Shown: positions 11,570 through 24,839, numbered from the stretch's first letter. The stretch is DNA of 64,000 bases from Callorhinchus milii (GCF_018977255.1 NW_024704743.1:91514001-91578000); one strand, 5' to 3'. The notes: a model not told the origin generated them from the sequence alone. Translations and numbers: made by a program.

Positions 11570-12340
11570 ATAATCCTTGCCTTTGATAATCTTTGAATGT
11601 GATATAGCAACTTATCACATCATTGAAACGTCTCAAAGCACTTCACAGGATATACTATAAAGTGGATTGACTGTTGATGAAATGCGATCAGCCAGTTTGC
11701 ACACAGCAATAATAATAATAATAATAAACCTTGCATTTGATATAGCACCTCATCACATCTTTGAGACCTCTCAAAGCGCTTCACAGAATATACTGTGAAG
11801 TGAATTGACTGTATATTTTGTGGGCGAAACGCGTCAACCAATTGCACACAGCAGTGTCTCACAAACTGTGGTGGATTGAAGTGACCAATTTATTATTTTT
11901 TTTGAAGTAATTATTTCCCCTGGTAAAGCAACCCGCCAATCGACTAATAACCTGGTTCCTACTTGCTGCGAGGTAAACAGAGGTGTGTGGAGTAACAAAA
12001 CATGCTCAACATTTTGAACTCAGGCCTCTCACTTGCGAGGCGAGTGCTCTAACTACTGAGCTACAGGACTCCGGCAATGTCCCACAAACAGCCATGGAAT
12101 GAGTGACCAATTTTATTTGGGGGATTTGTTGGCCAGGACACTGGAAGAAACTCCCTTCTCGTTTCAAATAGTGCAATGGCATCTTTCACATCAACTTAAA
12201 CAAGCAGATGGGACCTCCGAAGGACGTCACATCCGAAGGACACTACCACCAACAATGCAACACCCCCCAGCACTGCATTGAAGTGTCACTGAACTCACCA
12301 CCTTCTGACTCATATGCAAGAACACTACCACTGAGCTAAC
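11570..12340 (-). mobile_element. Deu-type SINE (family B) interrupted by a long-form family A SINE (11711-12072)
   Basis: Host sequence gcacacagcaat|gtcccacaaac is split, with GCAAT duplicated at 11706-11710 and 12074-12078. Confidence 0.8.
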
Positions 12341-14241
12341 ACACATATACATTGTATTCAAAATCTTCCTAATAGATATAAGAACCCAGAGTTTATTCCT
12401 GTGTTAGGTTTTTATTCACACTCCACCAATTTGTTTTGTTTGGTGAGGGAAAAGGAGCCTGTATCATTTTCATAGCCAGAGGCTGTGAATGCCCCAGATA
12501 CAAAGGAGATCTGAACTCCACGTGGGAGCAAGTCACCCAGTGCTTCTCTGCTATTGAATGTATAATAATAGTAATAATAAAGTATGCATTGGATTGAAAG
12601 GCTGTAAAATAATTTGTCAACAATCATGCTGCTAATACAATTCAGACTAAAAGATGCTCGCTGTTCTTATACAATGCAAATAATACATTGCAAAAAAATC
12701 TAAATTGGACGCGAGTGTAAGTGGTTACCACTGGGTGGCACCAGAGCTGTTTATAGCAACAACACGGCACAAAATTCTAAAACAACTTATTTTGGTAACT
12801 GATTTTGTTTTTATAAAAAAATTAATTACTGCTTAATACTTTTTTTTCTCCTCACAATTGTTTTTCTCTTCTCTCTCCTTTCCTTCACTGAAGGCATTTC
12901 ATTATTTTTCCTTTCCCCACGGGAACATTTCCACTGGTTTCTTTCTCCTGTAGTATGGTTCCGCTTGTTTCTTTCTTTTGAGGTCTGGTTCCACGTGTTA
13001 AATAATCCTTGCATTTGGTATAGCTCCTTCACTCCGTGAGCATGTCCCAAAGCACTTTACAGCATATACTTTAAAATGAGTGTTTTGTGGGCACAGCTAT
13101 ATCTCCCAAACAGCTATTATCACGTCTTTTACAACAGAAGGACATCTTGAAATTCTTCACAGGATTTAGTGTAAATTGCAGGGACTTTACTTTTTGTAGG
13201 TAAGTATGGCAGACAATTTGTGCACATCAATGTCCCACAAACAGCCATGAAGTGAATGACCAATTATATCTGTCCTCACGACATGGAATGCGCTATATCA
13301 AATGTAAGGATGATTATTAATTGCACAATTGATTCAACCCCTGCTCAATGATAGTCCCTTAAAAGTCCTTGTACACACCAACTTATAAGGAACTTACTTT
13401 AAATTTATTGAAGAGCCAGACCTACTCCAATAAAATGAATAAGCACTTTAATGAGCACCTGTGAGACTAGTTGGCAGTGGGATATATAAATTCTGCTATC
13501 TGCCCTTGTATCACTTCCAGCAATGTAAGTCTACAATCACAATCACTTCCAAATATGTTTCTGTATAATTTTCAGAGAAGATGCTGAATGCTATGGTGAA
13601 AAATCTATGATGGAGGAGAATGGAATTCGATTAATGTGTTAATGTTACTGTTTTAACTTGCATAAAGGATGATATTTCATAGCTATTGTCTGCTCTCTAA
13701 TTCACTTAAATGCATTTATAAATAGCTTACCATTTTTTTCCTGTAATGAACAAGCTAGACATGAAAGTTTTACACAAAAAATGTCACTGTAATCTACCAG
13801 AAACTGAAAGTCTTATTGCTTCTGTAATCAGAATCTATTGCTTGAGTGCCAATGACAAACAGATGGCGTTTTGACTAAGGAGATCGTGCCGCAGATAATC
13901 TACTGGAAAGGGAACAGATGTTGCCCATTGTTCTGCTTCGCAAGCAGTTCCTATCCCTTTCAACAAGATCAAAGATCTTTACGTGGGCATCTAAACATAT
14001 ACACAGTGCACCAAGGCATTTCAGCCCATATTCTTGAATTCTGCTCTTACGTCACCTACCCAGATTGCTTGTCCCCTCAGCAGATAAATTTTTAGTGCAT
14101 CGTCCATTTGTCAAATATGGTTAACAGCTGAATGAAATGTGCGGCTGTTTGTTTGAAGCAATATTCACTCCCAATGGCCTTTCTGAAATGAATCTTTGCT
14201 TTCAAGAAATAAAACTCTTTCCAAGGTTCCCTGTCTGTTCA

Positions 14242-14675
14242 GGGGAAGGGAGGGCAAGGAAAGAGCAGGGGAGGGCAGGACAAGGGAGGGCAAAGCAGCG
14301 AAGGGCAAGGCAGCGAAGGGCAGGGAAAAGGCAGGGGAAGAGAGCGAAGGGGTGGGCAGGGGAGGGCAAGGAAAGGGCAGGTCAGGGGAGGGGAGGGCAA
14401 GGGAGGGCAAGGAAAGGGCAGGTCAGGGGAGGGGAGGGCAGGGGAGGGGAAGGCAAGGAAAGGGTATGGCAGGGGAGTGGAGGGCAGGGGAGCGCAGGTG
14501 AGTGGAGGGCACGGGATGGCATGGGAGGTCAGGGCAGGACAATTGTGGGGACCGCAGGTGAGGGGCGGGAAGGGGAGGAGAGGACTGGGCAGGGGAGGGC
14601 AGGGGAGGAGAGGGCTGAGGGTGGGGGGAGGGCAGGGGACGGCAGGAAAGGTCCGATGGAGGAGAGGGCAGGGCA
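14242..14675 (+). repeat. Degenerate purine-rich (GGGCA/GGGGA/GGAAA)n simple repeat
   Basis: About 430 bp of 5-mer-based units such as agggc, agggg and aggaa. Confidence 0.9.
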
Positions 14676-16877
14676 AAAGAAACATGGACGCTGCCGATAT
14701 TCTCGCTGGACTGAAGAGGCTGGTGATTTGGAACTGTTTATTTGGACTCAAATTAAATGTTCTTTATCCGTTTGGCTATGGGGAAAATTAGTCAATAAAT
14801 GGAATTATTTGTATATGCGGTATTCAATTAACAACAAGAAAATAAAGTGATCTATATTCTTAGATAAAGCAAGCAAATAGTTTGAGATTTCTAAATTCTA
14901 TTCAATAAACTGTACGATTCAATTATTTAATTAACCAAATTTCACTGTAGTGAATTGACCAGGACCAGCCAACTATTGGATAGTTTGAGTAATAATAGTT
15001 TAAGCCTCATTGAATGTCTGCACCGCACCTTCCAGGAATTAAGATCACAATGTCCTTAAAGTCTCAAAAGAACCAGCTTCCAAATTGAGACTGGATTCTC
15101 GAATTCTCCAAATTTCTAAAAAAAATCCTAAATTTTAAGACAATAGTCTTGAGACTCGACTTTGAGAAATGCTGGCTTCATGATCAGGATTGCTGGCTGA
15201 CTTTGCCTGGGTCCTATCTGGTCTGTATGACTGTGTTGCAGACTTGGCGACTGAACCTTTTGTTAAGTTGGGGGTGACTTTTCTCTTTTATGTGCAATGC
15301 TGAATACCGAACATTATGTTTGCATCAAGGTAGGAAGTAGGTTACAGACTGAGTGCAGTAATTGGGAAAGTCTTTTGATAATACTGCCAGAATTATATGC
15401 TTCTTTCTCACGCATCAAATTAGGATAATGCATTAAAGTGCGATTTGCTTAATGTGATCACTTTTCGGAAACTGGCTTTGATCACAATTACTGTCACATA
15501 TGTAGGTCACGGTATTAAAATGGATAACTCCCGGCAACTTTTTTTTAAAAAAAGTTCAGTGAAATAATGTGCACACCACCGTTTGGATTGAACAGTTGGA
15601 CATTATACATTAAATGACAATGCATTTAAATGCAATTAAATGGTTTCCTTTAAAAATAGACACTGCTGGCTACGATAGAGTGCTAATAGGATTTAATGCT
15701 TATGACTGATATTCTCAGCACTTGGTTTGGAATTGATTTCACAAACTGATTTCAGATCAATCATGCAATGCTCCGGATTAAATTAATAAACTTGCAAAAT
15801 TAGTAATTCTGAAAATGATAGCATTAAACAGACTCCATTAACCATTCAGAAACATTTGTACACTGTGATCTAGAAACATTGGGTTGAGAACAAGAGATTT
15901 CAGGGAATGATTAGATCACAAGGAATGCAGACAATGGGGTCCAATTTGCAATGTTGGCATACTGGGTTTGGTGTGTTAATTCCGACTTTCAGTCTATGTA
16001 TGTCAGATAGAGATCATTGTGGAGAAATGTGTGCCCAGTGAAATCGGAAAATGGCCAACATTTTGCTTTCTGACCTCTTCTCGGACTTCGCTGACTTGGG
16101 CGTTATGATTTGCCAGTCATAAATTTCACCACAAAATTTGGAATGTTTGCAAACTGGAACTCGCTTTTAGACAAAAGTTTTGAAACCAAATTTAAAGACA
16201 GACAGTAAAGGGCACAAGGCAGAGGTGTAGAGGGAGGGAGTAGAGAGAGGCAGTAGAATGGTGAGGGGCCTAGTAGGTAAAGGCTCAGCCACAGATGTCA
16301 GATAGTGGGTAGGGACTGTGCAGCATCCCCAAGGTAACTAAGTCTGTTACAATGATTTTGGAGTGCAGCATTGTGAGCAGATGAGTGGGAGTTTGTCCAT
16401 GTAATTTAAGAACAGAAATGACGATAATAATCTCTTACCTATTGACAGTGAGGTTGCAAATGCAGTGAATGCAAATCAGACGTGCCTGCGCTCATAATAA
16501 CTTATGTGTGTAAACAAAGTGGTAACATTTCCTTTAAAATCTGCTAAAAAATGAAGGGGAAAACAGCATTCTGAAGGCCATCATGAGCCGTCTGTTCCCT
16601 TTCTGTTTTTTTGACAGATGTTTTGGATTTTCCTTTGGCAAATTCAGTCTTCTATGTCATTTGGTTTGTGAGCACCAAGTTCTCAGTATGACATGCCTCT
16701 TCAGGAAAACAGTAACTAACTAGATTGAATATAAAACCAATGGTCTGATCACAGTTAGTTATCACTTTACAACTTGGATCTTGCAACATGCTCAAATAGA
16801 TTGAATAAAGTTTAAATAAGACATGCCATCAGTGTAGAATGCATTACCGAGAGTAGGTCCTTCATAATACTATAATA

Positions 16878-17998
16878 AACAACAACAACAACAACAAAAT
16901 TACTTCGAGAGGATATCCCAAGGTGCTGGACAAACAGAATTTCACACCCAAGCTGGGAGTTGGGATTGGGGGTGGGGGGGGCTGGAGGGCAGGGGGGGGA
17001 AGCAGGGAGATCGAAAGCGCGGTCGAAGAGGAGGGTCTTGAAACAGGTCTTGAAGGTGACGAGGGAGGGGGCGAGGCAGAGGAACTGCAGGAAGGAGTTC
17101 CAGAGGGTGGGGGCAGAGTGGCGGAAGGTCCGCCTGTCAATAATGGGGCGAGCGAGATGGAGAACGTGAAGCAGCCTGGAGCCCGCTGAATGGGGGAAGC
17201 GAGCAGGATGGTAGCGTGTGAGGAGGTCGCAGAGGTAGGTGGGAACAAGACCATGGCGGGCTTTGAAGGTGAGGACCAGGATCTTGAACTGTATCCTCTG
17301 TGTGATGGGAAGCCAGTGGAGTCAGGCAAGGATATAAAAATAATCCTTGCATTTGATATAGCGCTTTTCAATTCTTCTCGACGTCTCAAAGATATAGAGT
17401 AAGAGATGGATAATGTATTATCTATACAGGATGGGGGTGATAGGTTCACAGAGCCTGGTGTGAGAGAGGACATGGGCTGCAGAGTTCCAGATGATCTGCA
17501 GCCTGTGGAGTTGGGGAGGCCCACAAACAAGAGGTTGTATAGTCGAGCCTTGATGTAATGAAAGTGTGTATGAGGGTTTCGGTGGCCTGTGGTATGAGAC
17601 ATTGGCGGAGCCGGACGATGTTGTGGAGGTGGGGGATAGCAGAGCGGGTCATGTCACAGATATGGGGTAGAAAGAATAGTTGAGGGACAAACAAGACTCC
17701 AAAATTATGGACTGGCTTAGCAAGGTGGAGGGTGCAACCATGGATGGTGATGCTGTCAGCGCCTGAGGTGTGGAGGTGCTGACGGGAGCCAATCAGGAGG
17801 GCTTCGGTCTTGTTGACGTTTAATTGAAGAAAGTTAGCTCTCATCCAGGACTTGGTGTCTGACAGAGTGGAGGCAGAGAGGTAGAGTTCGGTGTCATCCA
17901 CATACATGTGGAAGTTGACCCCATGTCTGCGGATGATGTCACCAAGAGAGAGCACATAGATATTGAAGAGGAGGGGACCAAGGACAGAGCCCTGAGAA
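16878..17998 (-). mobile_element. L2 LINE fragment (RT core to 3' tail), with a SINE-tail insertion at ~17331-17427
   Basis: [10 protein letters not shown] and YVDDTELY in ORF 17446-18012; (CAA)n at 16878. Confidence 0.9.
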
Positions 17999-18204
17999 TC
18001 GTTTGAGGTCACTTGTGCCTGTGGAAGACAGAACTAACAAAAAAGAAGTCCTGCACTGCAACATTCCCAGTGGGATATGCCAGAGATTAATTGGTAATTA
18101 ATTCCTCCTACAAGATCCATCAGATTAATACAGCTTCATCTGTGAAGTTACATGAAAGGAGTGAATGACATGACTCCCATATTATATAATATTATATAAT
18201 TAGG

Positions 18205-18344
18205 GGACATTGCTGTGCGCAATTGACTGCCGCGTTCGCCCACAAATATACAGTCAATTCACTTCACAGTATATTCTGTGAAGCGCTTTGAGACGTCTAG
18301 AAGACGTGAAAAGCGCTATATCAAATGCAAGGATTATTATTATT
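18205..18344 (+). mobile_element. SINE family A, 3' fragment
   Basis: ggacattgctgtgcgc...gcaaggattattatt. Confidence 0.85.
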
Positions 18345-18588
18345 GTTTAAGATGAATTTGTTGCCATTTTCATAGTGAGAAAAGATTAATGGTTTGACCT
18401 TTCTTCCTCAGTGTATTTGGAATAAGGTCCAAGTGAAAGTGAAGAGAATTATAGCTTTTCTATTAGAGTCAGACTTCTAAATAACTTGTCAGCGGAAATA
18501 AATTCACATATATATCAGTTTCTTAAAAACTGACATTAACAAGAGTAAGCTTACTAGCAGTATAGAGATACAAATATGATCTTAACAC

Positions 18589-19548
18589 CTCCACGACCAC
18601 CGATGTCCTGACAGCCTGCCTGTCTGACATCGAGTCCTGGACGAGAGACAACTTTCTTCAGCTCAACGTGCGCATAATTGAGGCCCTCCTGATTGACTCG
18701 TGTCAGCGCCTCCGCACCTCAGGCGCTGACAGCATCAGCATCCAAGGCTGCACTCTCCACCTCTCAAAGCCGGTCAGGAACCTCGGTGTTCTGTTCAACC
18801 CTGAGTTGTCCTTTCTTCCTCATATCCGCATCACAACTGGCATCGCCTTGTATCACCTCCGGAACATCGCCAGACTACGGCAATACCTCACCCCTCACGC
18901 TGCTGAAACTCTGGTCCACACCTTTATCACCTCAAGGCTGGACTATGGGAACTCTCTCCTCGCCGGCCTTCCCGGCACCTCCCTCCACAAACTGCAGGTT
19001 GTTCAGAACTCTGCAGCTCGTGTACTGTCCCGCACCAGTCTTCGCGACCACATCACTCCCACCCTCACTCGCCTCCACTGGCTCCCCATCGCCCAGAGGA
19101 TCCAATTCAAGATCCTCATCCTCACCTACAAGGCCATTCACGGCCTTGCTCCCTCCTACCTCTCCGACCTACTATCCCCTTACCTACCTGCCCGTACCCT
19201 CCGTTCCTCTGGCTCCGGTCTGCTCCACATCCCGTACCTTTGACCGTACCTTCAGCTCCCCTCTCGACTCTCTACCCCCTCCTCGCTCCCTCCCCTCCCT
19301 CCCCTCACCCTGACCATCACCCTGACCTACCCTCAACCTGACCAAATATACAGTCAATTCACTTTACAGTGTGTTCTGTGAAGCGCTTTGGGACGTCCTC
19401 CCGATGTGAAAAGCGCTATATCAAATGCAAGGATTATTATTATTATTATTTCCCCCCTGCTCGGTCCTGACTCAACTGTCCAGTGCTTTGGGACGTCCTC
19501 CCGACGTGAAAGGCGCTCTATAAATGAAATCTTGTTGTTGTTGTTGTT
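18589..19548 (+). mobile_element. Young L2 LINE 3' part containing a SINE tail (19343-19450)
   Basis: ORF 18668-19243 is nearly identical to the 7650-8080 region; (TTG)n tail. Confidence 0.92.
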
Positions 19549-19814
19549 TATATTGGAATTATGTACAACAACAATAAAATTACATTTGTATAGCGCTTTT
19601 CAAGTCGGGAGGACGTCCCGTGTAACAATGCATTTTCACATTATTACAAAAGCACGAACATTGGAGATTAATTTATGATATTTCGTAATAAGATTCTTAA
19701 TAAGGAAACTGAGTTGCATAAATGGGAAAGGAAACACACCACTGTGGTCCATAGGAACTCCTGATGTGATCTATTTCCAAAGCAGAATTCCCTGGTATGG
19801 AAATCTGTAGCTCT

Positions 19815-20010
19815 CTCCCCTAAAAGGCTGTGGATGCTCCATCCATTCAAATTGTCAAGACTGAGGTGGACAAATATTTGTTAGGTAAGAATATTGGGCG
19901 ATATGGGGCAAAGGCAGGTAATTGGAGTTGAGGTACAGATCAGCTTGTTCTAATAGAATGGTAGAACAGACTTGAGGGGCTGAATGGCCTACTTCTGTTC
20001 ATATGTTCCT
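19815..20010 (+). mobile_element. CR1-type LINE 3' end
   Basis: ggctgtggatgct...gaggtggacaaatatttg...ggggctgaatggcctacttctgttc, typical of a CR1 3'UTR. Confidence 0.7.
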
Positions 20011-20139
20011 TGAGTTGATAAAAAATCCTTTTGGGATCCCTCAATGAATCCTGCCAGGACAAACTGCACATTGGACCTTGTGGATACAACATTTTGGTAA
20101 AAGCATTTTTTTAATGCAAAAGAACATTTTAAAAAGGCA

Positions 20140-20422
20140 AAATCCAAAATACTGCAGATGCTGGAAATCTAAAAAATAATTGCATACTCTTGACCTTTCC
20201 CTTCAACAGCACCAACACACTTTATCTCAGAACTGGGGTAACTTTACCTCATCTTTAACTCTATTTTATCCTTCGCCTCATTCGTCACTCTGTTAGCCCT
20301 TAAAAGCCTCTCCCTCCCAATATGCCCCAGTTCTGATGAAGGGTTGTGGACCCGAAATGTTGACTCACTTTGCTTCCTCCATGGATGCCGCCTGACCTGC
20401 TGACCAGCGACTTCTGTCTTTG
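20140..20422. mobile_element. Second, rearranged Penelope-like terminal element
   Basis: 20329-20422 matches the right arm of the 6035 element; 20145-20170 is the reverse complement of its distal end (caaaatactgcagatgctggaaatct). Confidence 0.75.
20329..20365 (+). ncRNA. Minimal type-I hammerhead ribozyme-like motif
   Basis: agtt-CTGATGA-a-gggt-tgtgg-accc-GAAA-tgtt-gact: stem I agtt/gact, stem II gggt/accc. Confidence 0.6.
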
Positions 20423-20713
20423 ATTTAAAAAGGCAGTTCATCGTCAGTATCATTTGATGTTAGAAAACACTTAAAATCAATGACAAATAAGTCATAGTAA
20501 TTTTGCTTCTTTTTTCCTGTTTATTTCCGTATCTTTTCCTAAAACCGAAAGAGAAATGACTGAACTTTGATAACAACATAGGGGAGGTGGCATGTTAGCC
20601 TGACAGTGTGAAAACCTCCATTAGCACCAACAGAGATGCAGTCATTAACACACGCTTTAGTGAACTCATCGCTTCAACCATGTTTGTTAATTTGTCTCCT
20701 TTGTACTTGTTGA

Positions 20714-21029
20714 GATAAGCACAGGACTGCATGCCAATCCTCCAATTATATCAATGGCGAACAGTTGAATATGACTGGGATGAGGGCTCACTTCATTATA
20801 TTTCTTTAAATAATTCTTAGATATTTAACCCTCCCCCGTGCCCTCTACCCTTCCACCCCCTAGTAAATTATGATTCAATGAGGCCACTTTTTAGATGGAA
20901 AAAAGGAATTTACCACAAAAGATAAGTGGCTGAACCAAAGAAATATAATAAAGTGAACCCTTATCCCAGTCACATTCAACTGTTGGCCTTTGATATCATT
21001 TGAGGATTGTCACGCAGCCTGTGATTATC
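20714..21029. repeat. Long inverted repeat (arms 20714-20807 and 20937-21029), MITE-like or ancient palindromic element
   Basis: Left arm ...aacagttgaatatgactgggatgagggctcacttcattatatttcttt; right arm aaagaaatataataaagtgaacccttatcccagtcacattcaactgtt... Confidence 0.85.
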
Positions 21030-22374
21030 AAATCAATGTCTCCGAATACGGTATGGTATTCAGCAACAAACTCGCGTGAAAAGAGAAATGAATAACAACA
21101 ACAACTTGCATCTACATAGCGCCCGTGATGTTGCATGTCTTGGAGCACTTAGCATAAGTAAAGGAGAACCACAAAAGTGAACATTCAGCAAGTGCCCAGC
21201 CAACCTATCAAAAGTGAATTGTAAGTCCTTAATTTATTGTTTGCGTAAATTCTGGTGTAATTCAAAGGTTGTTAAAGAAAAACAAAATATTATCTGTGTG
21301 TGACTTTAAACACCATTGGTTTTTTTTCTGGCCTGCATTCTCTTCACATAAAGAGAAGGCAGAATTATATGCAGGGGTCCTTTTTAATCCCAACAGTGCT
21401 CTATCAGTGACTCGATCAATCCACATTTAAACCACTTAGGGGCATTCATAAAGTCTCATAAATATTCCAATCACACAGCAAAAGGCCATTCTTCCATTTA
21501 ATCAGCCAATCGTCTACCCTGGAGGATTTAAATTTTTGCCCCAGAGAAGGTTTAAATTATTGGTTTCAGTTTTGCATACACAACAATCATCTTATTTGGA
21601 AACAAGTTCCATCAAACTCAAATTTCTAAAGAAAAAAACTATAATGTTTTATAACAACATTAAAAAGGATGGCAAGAATGTCTTGGGATATTTTATGCAG
21701 CATTAATCCCCTGTCGACCTTTTTCTGACTACGTTAGGTTTCCTGCAAGTGAAACGAGTGAATTTACAATGTACTGACTGCACTTTAAACATTTATACCA
21801 CATGACAAATGGCAAACAATGGCTGCAAAAGCCAGTTAGGTACCTGACAGTGACTGAATATGGGGCTGCAGCAGGATACACAAGAACTAGAGTAGCCTGA
21901 AATTTCAGTTCTACATTGTAAATACTCAAATCAGTCAAACTAATTTAAGCCAATGTTCTAAAGATAGGGTGGGAAGTTTCAAAAGAAGCTGTAGGTTAGC
22001 ACCAGAGTTCTGAAGTATGCCAGGAAATGAGCTCCCTGAAAAGCAGGCAGATCACATGTGCGAATAAGAAAGGATTAAAATCATTGGAACCAGATCTTTT
22101 CTTTGCCTTTTTAATTGTTTGGAATAACTGTATTCAATAAAAATGTAATAATGTTCATTTGTTTATTTTATGATCCAAGTGAAGTGCAATTATATGGTTT
22201 GCCTACAAACATTTCTGAAACTCAGTGCCGTAATTGACTGTATTAATATCATTAGGAAGTAATCTTAAAGCGACACAATTAGATGAAGTAAAATGAAAGG
22301 TAACTTTTTTTGCGGATGAAAGAACAACTTAATAGCGCTCGTTAACTTTGCTGAAGTTGTTCTAGTTCTGGTTA

Positions 22375-23464
22375 GTCCTTGAATGGTTCAGATTGTACCT
22401 CTCACACCGTCTCCACTTCATCTCCACAATTTCTTCTCTGGTGCCTGCACCATCTTGTGCAGCATTCCTCAGGGCTCTGTCCTTGGTCCCCTCCTCTTCA
22501 ATATCTATATGCTCCCTCTTGGTGACATCATCCACAGACATGGGGTCAACTTCCACATGTATGCGGATGACACCAAACTGTACCTTTCTGCCTCCATCCT
22601 TGACTCCAGGACCACTGCTGTCCTGACAGAATGTCTGTCAGACATCAAGTCCTGGATGAGACCTAACTTTCTTCAGTTGAACGTCAACAAAACCTGATTG
22701 GCTCCCGTCAGCGCCTCCACACTACAGGCACTGACAGCATCACCATCCATAGTTGCACAGTCCACCTTGCTTAGCCAGTCCGGAACCTTGGCGTCTTGTT
22801 TGACGCTCAACTATCCTTTCTGCCCCACATCTGTGCCATGACCCACTCTGCCTTCCCCCACCTATTGCGCGGCTCCGCCATTGTCTCACACCACAGGCTG
22901 CCGAATCCCTCATACACGCACTCATAACATCCAGGCTTGACTATGCAAAGTCCCTGCTTGTTGGGCTCCCCAACTCCTTCCTCCATAAGCTGAAGATCAT
23001 CCAGAACTCTGCAGCCCGTATCATCTCCCACAACAGGCTCCGTGACCCTTTCAGCCCCATCCTCGTCCGACTCTACTGGCTTCCCATCACACAGAGGATA
23101 CAGTTCAAGGATACAGTTCCTCTGTGACCTCCTAACCCCCTACGAACCTGCCTGCTCCCTCCACTCAATGAGCTCCGGCCTGCTTCACGCCTCCCGCCCA
23201 ACCCACCATTGGCAGATGGGCCTTTAGCCACTCTGCCCCCACCCTCTGGAATACCATCCCACAGTCTCTACGCCTCACCCCCTCTCTTACCTCCTTCAAG
23301 ACCCATCTCAAGACCCTCCTCTTCGACCGTGTCTTTGATCACTCTCTTTCCTCCCCTGCCCTCCACCTTCCCCGATCCCAAGTCCAAAACACTGACTGCC
23401 CAGCGCCTTGGGATGTCCTCCTGACATGAAAGGCGCTATACAAATGTAATTTTGTTGCTGTTGT
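22375..23464 (+). mobile_element. L2 LINE fragment (RT core to tail)
   Basis: [29 protein letters not shown]; 3' stem-loop. Confidence 0.9.
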
Positions 23465-24515
23465 GCCCGATCTTTCTGTGGGAAGGTTTTCACCAATTCA
23501 TTACAAAACACGCAGTCATCACACTTTACAGTATATTCTGTGAATTGTTTTGAGATATCCTCCCGACGTGAAAAGAGATATAGCAATGGCAAGGATTATT
23601 TTTTAACTACGATGTGCTCGTATGATGAAATATGTAGTTGAATGTGATAATGCACATAAGCTATCCGATGACACTTGCTCTTCACTGAAAAGCAATGGAA
23701 TTCACCCTGTTTATTTCACACCCATCACTCAGAGACAGGTGGTCGCCGCCTATGGAATATGGTCTTTTTTCACAGCAGTTTTCAAGGTACTATAACATAT
23801 GTATAATACAACAACTGCTGTAATGCAGAACAAATCTGTTTAGTAGCCATGATCTTATACCCTCCTTGTATAAGGCTGACCAAGTACAGTAATGATTTGA
23901 GAATGAGTTCAGTATAAGTTGAGAATTAGCAACGTGCACCATTATACAGTGTATATAATTTTACTTCAGTATTCTCAATGCTTGTTAAGAATAGACTGGC
24001 AATAATCAATCTGTCCTTTACTGTATGATTAACCCCACAAATTATATTACAACTACTATAAAGTAGAGGAATTGTAATGGTTCTCTCTGAATGGACAGCC
24101 AAGTAATAAAGTAGTGCCAGCATTCATTCCTCAGACTTTGTTGTCACAAGTCGGAATCCTTGTGAATACCAGCAATCCAGTCCATGAATGAATGAATGAA
24201 TGTAAACATACAATGTCTCGCCACAATCGCTGTTGAAGCTGGGGTCATAACAGCATTTCAAAGGGAACTGGGTAAAAACTTGAGGGAAAACTAATGTTAT
24301 AGAGTAAAGGGAATGAGTAGTGGAATGTGAGTACATTGAGGGTACGAGTACCAGAACAGACATAACGGGGGTGATATGGCCTTCTTCACTGCAGTAAAAA
24401 TTCTATGATTCTGTGCATAGACCATACAGGTTCCAGTGAATAGAATTCATCACGTTTCTTCCATCAAGCTCGGTGGATGTCAGAATTCTGATTCACAATT
24501 CACACTTGATACAGA

Positions 24516-24797
24516 TAATAATAATAATCCTTGCATTTAACATAGTGCTGAAAAGAAGACGTCTCAGGTGAATTGACTGCATATTATGTGGACGAAACGC
24601 GACAGCCAATTGCGCGCAGCAGTGTCCCACAAAGTCGTGGATTGAAATGACCAATTCATTATTGTTTTTTTTGAGGGATTATTATCAGGCGTGTGGAGTA
24701 AGGAAACTTGCCCAAGGTTTCACCCTGCTCTGCTAGGAATCGAACCCAGGTCTCTCGCTTGCAAAGCGAGTGCTCTAACCACTGAGCTACAGGACTC
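24516..24797 (-). mobile_element. SINE family A
   Basis: Reverse-complement head and tail, with a deletion near the tail. Confidence 0.88.
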
Positions 24798-24839
24798 TCA
24801 GATGTCAATGATGACAACACATTTGGCTGCACTCTTACT

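Noticed and set aside
14137..14850. 237-aa G/R/E-rich ORF and overlapping ORFs
   Set aside because: Product of a stop-poor simple repeat.
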